Source: Vicinamibacteraceae bacterium
Lineage (GTDB): Bacteria; Acidobacteriota; Vicinamibacteria; Vicinamibacterales; Vicinamibacteraceae
Assembly (NCBI GenBank): GCA_031407765.1
Contig: JANOIR010000077.1
Span: forward strand, 219 to 64,218
Length of the DNA: 64,000 nucleotides
Direction: 5' to 3'
Part shown: positions 18,101 through 30,100 of the stretch, piece after piece
Position numbering within the stretch: the first letter of the stretch is position 1
How the letters are laid out: each line of letters opens with the position of its first letter
Notes under the pieces: generated by a model
What the model saw: only the letters and a program-made list of their open reading frames with translations
The model's database searches: none
Told to the model about the DNA's origin: nothing
Position numbers and translations under genes: made by a program

Positions 18101-21100
18101 GCGCACGACACCTCGTCCATCTATGCGTTCTCGGGCGGCTTTGCATTCGGCAAGACTTCCGGGTACGGCGCGGCCTTCGCCCTGAACTACATGGGCAACA
18201 GCGTCACCGCCGCGGTCGAGGGCTCGACACTGCTCGAATCCTCCGGCGCGCTCAGCGTCAAGGCCGAAGCCGACGGCACCATCGTCAGCGTCGCGGTCGG
18301 CGGCGCCGGCTCGCAGAAGTCCGCGATCGCCGGCTCGGTCGCGGCGAACATCCTCACCAACTCGGCCGACGCGCACATCAGCGGCGGCTCCAACATCCGG
18401 CTGCTGGGCCCGATCACGGTCAAGGCGGCCGACCGGCTGTTGCTGACGTCGGTGGCCGGCGGCATCGGCGCCTCGTCCGGCGCCCGCGGCGTCGGCGTCT
18501 CGGCCAGCTGGAACCGCATCAGCTCCGGCGTGGCCGCCTACATCGACCATTCCGACGTGGAGTCCACCGGCTCGTCCGTCAGCGTGATCGCGACCTCGAG
18601 CCCGCTGCTGGTCGGCATCGGCTTCGCGGGCGGCGGCTCCAAGGGCCAGGGCGGCGCGGGCGTGCTCACCATCAACTCGATCGCCAACACGGTCGACGCG
18701 CACATCACGACGAGCTCCAACGTCACCGCGTTCGGAAACGTCACGGTCAGCGCGAGCGAAGCCGCGTCGATGTACGTCGGCGCGCTGGCCATCGCGGGCT
18801 CCGCCAACGGCAACGCGATCGGCGGGCTCCTGGCCTACAACTACGTCGGCAGCAGCTCGGATCCGGCCGATCCGAACGTCGTCAGCCTCGCCGACGGTGC
18901 CGCCGAAGGCACGAAGGCCGCCAAGGTCAGCGGCGCCGATACCGCGACCGCGAGCAACGTCAAGGCCTACATCGATTCGTCCAAGGTGATCGCGGGCGGC
19001 AGCGTGCTGGTGGTGGCCGGGTTCGACGATCCTTCCGCGCAGGCGGATCCCGGCCCGCTGATCTCCGCGACCAAGACGGTCAACCCGGCTTCGGCGGTGA
19101 CGACGACCGGCGACACGATCCGGTTCGCCGGCGCGCATGGCTTGAAAACCGGCGACGAGGTCCTCTATCACAAGGGCGCGGTCGGCGATGTCGCGGTCGG
19201 CACGCTGGTCGACGACGGCACCACCAAGTACTACGTCATCAAGGTCGACGACAACACGGTGAAGCTCGCGACGTCCCAGGACAACGCGCTCTCGCATGTC
19301 GCCATCGCCCTCGGTTCCGCGGGCTCCGGCACCAGCCACAACATCGTTTCCACCGCGACCGGCGCCACCGCCCTGACGTTCAATCCGGGAACGGCCGTCA
19401 CGACCACGGTGGCGCACGCCGACACGATTTCCTTCGGCAGCGCGCACGGTCTGAAGACCGGAGACGCGGTCGTCTACCGTAACGGCGGCGGCACCAGCAT
19501 CGGCGGCCTGGCCCAGAACGAGACCTACTACGTCATCAACGTTGACGCGACGCACATCAGGCTCGCGGCGACGCAGAGCGATGCGCTGGCGTCCACCGCG
19601 GTGCCAGTGTTCCTGAGCGCCGGCGCAACCGGCACGGCGCACAGCCTGCTGGTCAAGCGCGACAGCGTCGACGCACGGGGCATCACGCTCGCCCTGCCGA
19701 GCTCGATCGGCGGCCAGATCACGAGCGTCACGGCGGCGGGCGCCGGCGGCAAGACCTCTTCGGGCGCGGGCGCGGTATCGCTCAACTTCGTGCGCATGAA
19801 CGTGGACGCGCACATTTCGAACATCACCGGAACGAACCGGGTGCAGGCGGGTTCCGGCTCGGTCAGCGTGCTCGCCAACGACACTTCGCACGTCAACTCG
19901 GGCACCGGCGCGCTCGGCCTCGCGCTCGGCAAGAGCACCGCGCTCAACGCGTCGATCGGCGTCAACGACATCCGCAACACCGTCACCGCCCATATCGACA
20001 GCGCAAAAGTGGTGTCGACGGGCGGCAACGTGGCCGTGGGCGCGACCGAGACGGCGCGCAACATCAACGTGGTGATCGGCGGCAGCGTCTCGAACGGCGG
20101 CATCGCGCTCGGCGGCTCGTTCGCGATCAACACCATCAAGAACACGGTCGGCGCGCACATCAAGACCGCCTCCGACGTCACCGCCAACGGCAGCGTGTCG
20201 GTGCTGGCGAAGGACACCGCCTCGATCGCCACGCTGGCCGGCAACGTCGGCGCTTCGTTCAGCAAAGGCACCGCCGGGGTCGGCTTCGCCTTCGCGGTGA
20301 ACGACGTCAGCGATACCGTCACGGCGCTGATCGACGGCTCGGCCGTGACCGCGACGACCGGCGACATCCTGGTCGACGCGACGTTCGGCAAGCCGAGCGC
20401 GCTGCCGGCCGGGCTGGACGTGCAGATCGCCGCCATGGCGGTCAGCGGCGGCGGGTCTTCGACCATCGCCGGCGCCGGCTCGGTGGCGCTGAACTGGATC
20501 CGCAACACCGTCGACGCGAAAATCTCCAACATCGGCGACCTGCGGGCCGGCGCGCCGCACGAGCTGGTGGCCGGCGGCAAGCTCAGCGTCACCGCAAGCG
20601 ACTCCTCGACCATCAACTCGCTCGCGGGCGCGATCGCGATCTCGGGCATCGGCGCGAAGGCCTCGTCGGGCGCGATCGGCGCCTCGGTGGCCTACAACTT
20701 CCTCGGCGGCGACCCGAACAATCCGGGCAGCACCAATACCAACGTGGTGCGGGCGTCGATCGAGAACGTCACCGGCAGCATCCGGGCCGGGCAGGTGATC
20801 GTCAAGGCGACCTACGACGGCAGGATCAACAACATCACCGTGGCCGGCGCGGCGGCCGGAAGCTTCGCGCTGGGCGGCGCGGTATCGGTCAACCGCATCC
20901 GCAACACCACGGACGCGCACATCTCGGGTTCGACCAACATCGCCACCACGGGAACGCTGGCGCAAAGCGTCCTGGTGAATGCAGTGGACAACGCCGCCAT
21001 CTGGGTCCTGGCTGGCGGCGTGGGCATTGCGATCCCGAAGACGGGCGCTACCGGCATCGCGGCGGGCGTTTCCGCGGCGACCAACGACGTCGCCGAAACC

Positions 21101-24100
21101 GTGACCGCCTACATCGACGCCTCCAAGGTCACGTCGGCAGGCGGCGTCGAGGTCAGCGCGCTGTCGACCTCGTCGATCGCGGCGCTCACCTTCGGTGTCG
21201 CGGTGTCCGTCGGCACCACGGGCGGCGGCTTCAACGGTTCCGGCGCTGGCGCGGGCTCGGGCAACACGGTCAGAAACACGGTCAGCAGCTCCATCCGCAA
21301 CAGCCGCACGGGCGGCAATGGCGTGACCGCCAACGGCGGCAAGGTGGTCGTCAGCGCGACCGACAGCGCGGACGTGCTCGCCATTGCGGGAACCCTTTCG
21401 ATCGCCGCCTCGTTCGGCAAGGGCGGCGTCGGCGGCTCGGTCGGGATTTCGGTCGCGACCAATGACATCGCCGACACGGTCACGGCGTACATCGACAATT
21501 CCAACGTTACGGCGGCCGGCAACAACATCGAGCTGAGCGCGAGCGAGACGGCCCTGATCGAAGCCATCACCATCGGCGGCGCGGTCGGCGGCACCAGCGG
21601 CGGTGGCGGTGGCGTCGGCGTCGGCGCGGCCGGCGCCGGCTCCGGCAACAAGATCAGGAACACGGTTTCGGCATACATCGCCAACAGCAGCACGGTGACG
21701 ACCACGACCAGCGGGTCGGTGAAGCTGAGCGCGACGGACACCAGCACCATCACGGCCGTCGGCGGCGGACTGGGCATCGGGGTGACCGCGGGCGGCGGTG
21801 GCGGCGTGGGCGCCTCGCTCGGCGTCGCGGCGGCGACCAACGACATCGAGAACTCGGTCAAGGCCTACGTCTCTTCCTCCGGCGTGACCTCGGCCGGCAG
21901 CGTCGAATTGAGCGCGACGGAAGACGCAAACATCACGGCGGTCACGATCGGCGCCGCAGTGGCCGTGGCCGCGGGCGGTGGCGGTGGCATCGGCGTCGCC
22001 GGGGCCGGCTCGGGCTCGGGCAATACCGTCAAGAACACGGTCGAGGCTTACGTGCTGGACAGCATCGGCACCGGCAAGGGCATCAGCGCCACGGGCGGCG
22101 CGATCAAGCTGAGCGCGACCGACTCGGCCGAAATCGTCGCCGTGGCAGGCAGCCTCAGCGTCGGTGTTTCGGCCGGCGGCGGCGGCGGGACCGGCGGTGC
22201 CGTGGGCGTTTCGGTGGCCACGAACAACGTCACGGATACGGTGCGCGCGTACGCAAACAACTCGAGCCTCGGAACGACCGGCGCGAACAATATCGAGTTT
22301 GCCGCCAGCGAGAGTGCGGCCATCACGGCGGTCACCATCGGCGGCTCGGTGGCCGGCGCTGCCGGCAGCGGCGGCGGCGCGGCGGTCGCGCTGGCCGGCG
22401 CGGGCTCGGGCAACACGATCAAGAACAAGGTCTCGGCCCATGTCGAGAACGGCTCGTCGCTGACGACGACCGGCAGCGGCTCGATCAAGCTCAGCGCGGG
22501 CGACACGAGCAGCATCCTGTCCGTCGCGGGTGCGCTGGCCGGCTCGGGTGCGGGCGGTTCGGGCGGCGGCGCGGCGGGCTCGCTCGGCGCGGCGGCCTCG
22601 ACCAACACCATCGAGAACGAGGTCAAGGCCTACGTCAGCGCGTCGAAACTGACCTCGGCCGGCGGCGTCGAACTCAGCGCGTCCGAAACCGGATACATCA
22701 CCACGATCAGCATCGGCGCGGCGGTCGCGGGCGCGGGCGGCGCGGGCGGCGGCTTCGGCGGCACGGCGGCCGGGTCGACGTCCACCGCGACCGTCAAGAA
22801 CACGGTCGCCGCCTACATCACCGGCAGCAGCGGCGCGACCAATGGCGTCAGCGCTACCGGCGGCGCGGTCAAGCTGAGCGCGTCGGATTCGACGACGATC
22901 GTTGCCGTGGCGGGAAGCCTCGCGATCAGCGGCGCGGGCGGCGCGGGCGGCGGCGGCGCGGTCGCCGTCGGCGTCTCGGCGGCCACCACGGATGTCGCGA
23001 ACACCGTAAGTGCGTACGTCGACGGCTCCTCCGTCAGCGCCGCCGGGAACAATATCGAGCTGTCGGCAACCGAGAGCGCCAACATCACGGCGGTCAGCGT
23101 GGGTGGCTCGGTCGCGGGCTCGGGCGGCGCGGGCGGCGGCGCTTCCTTGTCGGCAGTGGGCGCGGGCGCATCGAATACGGTCAAGAACAAGACCTTCGCT
23201 TATGCCGCGAACAACAGCGCGCTGACCACCACCACGAGCGGCAGCGTGAAGCTCAGCGCGACCGACGGCAGCACGATCCTCGCGGTGGGCGGTGGACTTG
23301 CGGGTTCGGGCGCGGGCGGCGCGGGCGGCGGCGCGGCGGGCTCGCTCGGCATCGCCATCGCGATCAACACGATCGAAAACCAGGTCAAGGCCTACGCCGA
23401 TACGTCCAAGGTCACGTCGGCGGGCGGCATCGAGTTCGCCGCGAGTGAAACCGGCTACATCACGGCAGTCAGCGTGGGCGCCGCCGTGGCCGGCGCCGGT
23501 GGCGCGGGCGGCGGCTTCGGCGCTTCTGCGGCGGGGTCCACGTCCAAGAACATCGTCAAGAACACCGTCGCCGCGTACGTCACGGGCAGCACCGGCGCGA
23601 CCAACGGCGTTAGCGCTACGGGCGGTGCGATCAAGCTCAACGCGACCGATTCAGTGCACATCGTCGCGGCCGCGGGCAGCCTCGCGATCGGCGGCGCCGG
23701 CGGCGCCGGCGGCGGAGCAGCCGTCGCGGTCGGGATTTCGACCGCGCTCTCCGACGTGGCGAACACGGTCAGCGCGTACATCGACGGCTCGAGCGTCAGC
23801 ACGACGGCGCAGAACATCGAGCTCACCGCGAGCGAGGCGACCGACATCTTCGCGCTGAGCGTGGGCGGCTCATTCGCGGGCAGCGGTGGCGCGGGCGGCG
23901 GCGTGTCGATTGCCGCGGCAGGCGCGGGTTCCGACACCAAGGTCAAGAACAACGTATCGGCGTACATCGGCAATGGCAGTACCGTTACGACGACTACGAG
24001 CGGTGCCGTCAAACTCAGCGCGACCGACTCGAGCACGATCCTCGCGGTGGGCGGCGGCCTTGCGGGTTCGGGCGCCGGCGGCGCGGGCGGCGGTGGCGCG

Positions 24101-27100
24101 GGTTCGCTCGGCGCGGCCGCAGCCACCAACACCATCGAGAACACGGTCAAGGCCTATGTCGACGCGTCCAGGGTGACTTCGGCCGGCAGCGTCGAGCTTT
24201 CGGCGAGCGAAACCGGCTACATCACCTCGGTCAGCATCGGCGCGGCGGTCGCGGGCGCGGGCGGCGCGGGTGGCGGCTTCGGTGGCTCGGCGGCGGGCTC
24301 GGGCTCGGGCAACACGGTCACCAATACCGTCGCCGCGTACATCAACAACAGCATCGGCACCGGCAAGGGCGTGAGCGCCACCGGAGGCGCGATCAAGCTG
24401 ACCGCGACTGATTCGACCCATGTGTTCGCGGTCGGCGGCAGCCTCGCGATCGCAGGCGCGGGTGGCGCCGGCGGCGGAGCGGCGGTGGCGATCGGGGTGG
24501 CTTCGGCGACCAACAACGTCGGCAACACGGTCAGCGCCTACGCGAGCAACTCGAGCGTCAGCGCGACCGGGTTCAACATCGAATTCACCGCCACCGAGTC
24601 GGCCGACATGCAGGCGATGACGATCGGCGGCACGCTCGCGGGAAGCGGCGGCGCGGGCGGCGGTTTCTCCGCCGCGGCTGCCGGCGCGGGGTCGGGCAAC
24701 ACCATCCACAACACCGTGTCGGCGTACATCGCGAGCAACAGCGTGGTCACGACCACCACCAGCGGCTCGGTCAAGCTGAGCGCCAGCGACACGAGCTCGA
24801 TCTTCGCGATCGCCGGCAGCCTCGCGCTCTCGGGCGCGGGTGGCGCGGGCGGCGGCGCCGCAGGGTCGCTTGGCGTTTCGGCTGCCACCAACAGCATCAC
24901 CAACCAGGTCAAGGCGCACATCGACGCCTCGAAGGTGACGTCGGCCGGAACGGTCGAGCTCACCGCGAGCGAGACCGGAGCGATTTCCGCGTGGGCCATC
25001 GGCGGGGCGCTCGCCGGCGCGGGCGGCGCGGGCGGCGGCGGCGCGCTGAGCATGGCCGGCGCCGGCTCGGGCAACACGGTCCGTAACACGGTCGCGGCAT
25101 ACATCACCGGCAGCGACGCGGCAACGCGCGGCGTCTCGGCGAACGGCGCGATCAAGCTCACCGCGACTGACAGCACCGCCGTGAAAGCGGATGCGGGTGG
25201 CTACAGCATCGCGGTCTCGGGAGGCGCGGGCGGCGGACTTTCCGGCTCGCTCGGCGTCGCGGCGGCGACAAATGACATCGCCAATTCGGTCACCGCTTAT
25301 GTCGACGGCTCGGGCGTTACCGCAACCGGCGGCAACGTCGAACTCGCGGCGACCGAGTCGGCGACGATCGACGCGCTTGCCATCGGCGCAGCTCTTGCAG
25401 GCGCGGGTGGCGCGGGCGGTGGCGGAGCCGTCGGCGGGGCGGGGTCGGGCACAGGCAACACGATCCGCAACAGCGTCCTCGCCTACGTCGCCAATAGCAG
25501 CAGCGTCAGCACGATCTCCAGCGGCACCGCCAAGCTGACGGCCACGGACTCGAGCTCGATCATCGCGAACGGCGGCGGCGTCGGCGTCGCGATCTCGGGC
25601 GGCGCCGGCGGCGGATTCAGCGGCGCAGCCGGGGTATCGGCATCCGTCAACGATGTCGCCAATGCCGTCAAGGCCTATGTCGACAATTCGACCGTCACAT
25701 CCGCCGGCGGCGTCGAGCTGACGGCCACCGAGTCGGCGAGTATCTCGGCCAGGGCCATCGGCGGGGCGATCGCGGCCGCGGGTGCCGGCGGCGGCGCCGG
25801 CGCGATTGGCGCGGCGGGCGCCGATTCGCGCAACACGATCTCGAACACGGTCTGGGCCTACGTCAACAGCAGCGCCGGCACGAAAGGCGTCACGGCCTCG
25901 GGCGCGATCAAGCTGACCGCGAGCGACTCGTCGCAGATCGTCTCGGATGGCGGCGGCGCTGCGGCGGCGCTCGGTATCGGCGGCGGCGCGGGCGGCGCGG
26001 CCGCGGTCGGCTACTCCGTGTCGCTGAACAGCGTGACGAACAGCGTGCGCGCCTACGCGAGCGCCTCGCGCCTGAGCGCGACCGGCGCCAACATCGAACT
26101 CACGGCGACATCGACGACGACGATCAACGCCCTGAACGTCGGCGCCGCACTCGCGGTCGCGGGAGGTACGGTTGCGGTCTCCGCGGCCGGGGCAGGCGGC
26201 AATTCGACCAATACGATCCGCAACACGGTCGAGGCCTACGCATCGGGCGGCTCGACGCTGACGACGACGTCCAGCGGCGCGATCAAGCTCACCGCGACCG
26301 ACCAGTCGACCTCCAACGCGAGGACGGTGGCTACCAGCGTCGCGTTCGCGGCGGCGGGCGTGGGCGGCGCCTCGTTCTCGGTCGCGGCGGCAATCGCGAA
26401 GAACGACATCGCGAACACCGTGCGCGCCTACAGCGATACCTCGACGCTCACGTCGGCGGGCAGCATCGAGCTCACGGCGCGCTCGACGCCGACGATCTTC
26501 GCGCAATCGATCGCGGCGACGTTTGCCGCGGCGGCGGCGCCGCTCGGCGCCGCGCTCGCGGGGGCGGGCGCGCTGGCGAACAACGTCATCAACAGCACCG
26601 TCAGCGCGTTCATCCAGGGCGCCAGCGCGGGCTCGCGCAGCACGACGTCCGCCGCGGGCAACATCATCCTGACCGCCGGCCAGACGGCTTCGATCACGTC
26701 CAATGTCGGCTCCGGCGCGGCATCGGCTGGCCTGATTGGCGGCTCGGTCGGCATCTCGGAAGCGCGCGATTCGGTGACCAGCACCATTCGCGCCTACGCG
26801 GACAATGCAAACCTCACTTCGAGCGCGGGTGGTGTCTCGCTGAGCGCGACCTCGAACGACACGATCAACACGCTCGCAGTTGCGACCTCGGTCGCCGGCG
26901 CCATCGGCGGCGCGGCTTCCGGCGCGATTTCGTCGGCGACGGTCAGCCCGACGGTCGAGGCCTACCTCGGGACCGCGACCACGACCTCGACCGCGCTCGA
27001 CGTCTCGGTCGCCGCAAGTTCGACCAATACCGCCAACGCCAAGACCGTCGGCGTCGCGGCCGGCTTCGTGGCGGGCGGCACGAGCATCTCGGACGCGACC

Positions 27101-30100
27101 GCCAACGGCTCGGTGAAGGCGCACATCGACGGCCTGGTCGCCACTAGCCGCAACATTACCGTTTCGGCGACCGGCGTCGACAGTTCCAAAGCGGAAGCTT
27201 TCGCGCTCGCCGGCGGCATCGTTTCAGGCAGCGGCGCGTCCGCTACCGCGACCACTTCTCCCGTGGTCGAGGCCTACACCGGCAACGCGAACATCACCGC
27301 GACGGGCGCGGTGACCATCGTCGCCGCCCTGACGCCGAAGGCGAAGGCCGACTCGGTCGGCATAAGCGTCGCGGCCGGCCTTGCGATCGGCGTCTCGGAG
27401 GCTTATGCCACGACCTCGCCGAAGGTCTCCGCGCACGTGGGCGGCTCGAGCAGCACCATCAGCGCGGGCAGCCTGACCGTCCTCGCCTCGCAGCAGGTGC
27501 CGACCGCGGGCAACTCGGCCAACGCCACGGCGCTGGGCGCATCGGGCGGGTTGCTCGTCGGCATCAGCGCGACGCAGACGCGCGCGGAGTCGGGCACCGC
27601 CGGCGACAAGAACACCGTGTCGAGCTACGTCGCCGACAGCACGACCCTGAACATCGCGGGTGCGACCAACGTCACGGCCGTGGGCAACAGCAACCAGAAC
27701 GCCGCCTCGGACAACTACGCCTTCGGCCTGCTCGCGGGCGGCGCGGGCACCGCGGACGCCAACTCCAATACCGTCACCGAGGCCTACCTCGGGACCAACG
27801 TCAAGCTCACCGGATCGAGCCTGAGCATCACCGCGCTCGGCAACGACGAGAACAACGCCGCGGTGAAGGCGGGAAGCGGCGGCGCGATCGCCGGCGTCGG
27901 CGCCGCAGCTTCGACGAGCAACGTCAGTTCCACCACCGCGAAGATCAAGGACTCGAATTCCGGCCGCTCGATCGCCCTGAACACGGCCGGCGACGGCCAC
28001 TTCCTGATTTCCGCCGACCACACGGCCAAGTTCAACAGCCGGGAGCAGACTTTCGCGGGCGGCGTGCTCGCGGGCAGCGGCGCGACCGCGACGAACAACG
28101 TCAACGCGCTGGTCGAGGCCACGGTCGGCAACACAGTCTTCATCACCGCCCGCGACCTGGTGATCGAAGGGATCAGCCACGTCAGCAAGCCGGAGCTCGC
28201 CGAGGCGAACATCCAGGGCACGACGGGCGGCCTCGCCTCGGCCGCGGGCGGCACGAGCGACACGAACATCACGCTGAACACGCTGGTCAACATCGGCGCC
28301 GGCGCGAAGCTGGAGCGGCTCGGCGCGCAGCACGAAACAGGCCAGTTCGTGATCCGGGCGCTGAACGACATCGTCGCCTACGACAGGGTCACGCTGACCA
28401 CTGGCGGCGCGTTCTCGGGCGCCGGCGCGTTCTCCAACATCCGCGCCCTCACCGATGTCGCGCGGGTCAGTATCGGCACGGGGGCGGAGCTCCTGACCGC
28501 GGGTTCGCTCAACATTTCGGCCCGCGGCCAGGGCGTGGCCAAGGTCGCGGTCATGGCCGAGACCTACGGCGTGGCCACCGTCGCGGTCGCGGAGTCGATC
28601 GCCGACATCCGGCCGCTGAACGAGGTGCTGATCGGAGCCAACGTCCACATCCGCTCCGACGGCGACCTCAACATCTCGACCGGCACGAGCGTCGACTTCA
28701 ACCGCGACCAGTACACCATCTCGGCGCGCACCGATACCTTCGCGGGCAGCGCGATCCCGATCGACGACGTCGATTCGCGCGCCAACCTGCTGCAGAGGAA
28801 CAACATCGTGGTTTCCGGCGGCGCGCTGCTCGAGACCGCCGGCAACGCCAACCTGCACGCCGAGCGCAACGGCTTCGCCAACATGGCGAGCAAGGCCAAG
28901 GCGGTCAACTGGGCGAGCGCGATCGCCGACGGGATCAACGGCTCGGAATCCTTCTCCGGCACGCTCGATTCGGCCGCCAACAGCAGCGTGCGCGTCGACG
29001 GCACGATCCGCACCGGCATCAAGCGCCAGCTGACGCTCGTCCTGGGCAATCCCAACCCGCTGTCGAACGGCTCGGCCAACCCGGCCGGCTGGAACGCCGT
29101 CACCGGGCAGGTGTTCGCTTCGACGCAATCCGACGGCATCACCTACACGGTGACCCAGGAGCCGCTGCTCTCGAACCTGCAGAAGGAGCTGTTCGCGGCG
29201 CAGAATAACTACAACCAGTACAAGGACCAGAACCCGACGCTCAAATCGTTCTACGAAGCGGAGATGCAGCGCATCAAGAACGCGATGGACGCCGAGGGCC
29301 TGCTCGACGACCGGGGCAATTCGCGCGAGCGCTACGTGATGACCGTGACCGTGAATCCGATCAAGGCGCAGGCCGGCCAGATCGACATCCGCGGCGACGC
29401 CCTGATCGGCACGGGCGGCACGCTCGATGCGCCCGGCGACGCGTCGGTCAACATCATCAACTACACGCCGGCGTTCCTGGTCATCAAGGGGATCGACATT
29501 CCCGACACCAACGGCGGCGTGTACCTGAACGGCGTCGCCACGACCGGCAACGTGCAGCTCAACGGCACGCCCACGGTGGCCGCCCTCAACTCGTTCGACG
29601 TCGGCGTGGCGCCGCAGAACGCGGCTTTCCTCGCCATCTCGTCGAACACCACCGGCACCGATCCGGTGATCAACATTACCAACAACTTCAACGCGCTGGC
29701 GTTCAACAACCCGGCGCGTCCGAGCGACGAGTACACGCCGCCCGACATCACCATCGCGGGGCCGGTCAGCAACCTGCGGGGCGACCTGAACATCGTCGTC
29801 ATGGCCCCCGCCGCCGCCGCCGGCGACATCCTGATCCAGGCGCAGGCGCGCGCCAAGAACATGACGGTGATCACCGGGGGCAGCGTCTTCATCGAGGGCG
29901 TGACCCAGTACTCGGTCGGCGGCGAGGCATACTCGAAGTGGCGCGCGGTCACCGACATCGCGGTGGCGACCCGCAACGCGATCAACCAGCTCAGTCCCGA
30001 GAACAACCCCAACTATGCGACGCAGGTGGGAGCCCTCGAGACCTCGCGGATCGTCCAGACCGCCGCCGCCAAGACGACGATCCTGAATGCGCCGCTCGGC

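Larger units (their letters stand above)
17800..27700 (+). repeat. Gly/Ala-rich ~63-aa beta-helix-type repeat region (N.V.A.I..S.V...G.V.L.A.D.S.I.A..G....G.GG..)
   Basis: The pattern 'NTV.AY[IV]..S.[VL]...G.[IV].[LV]SA..S..I.A[VL]..G.A.SGAGGAGGG' recurs continuously. It is degenerate at the flanks and highly regular in 21100-26430. Confidence 0.8.

Noticed and set aside
17800-27700. Possibility that the regular repeats are a CRISPR array or non-coding satellite
   Set aside because: The repeats are in-frame coding repeats (multiples of 3, conserved at protein level). They have no unique spacers of fixed length and no cas genes nearby.
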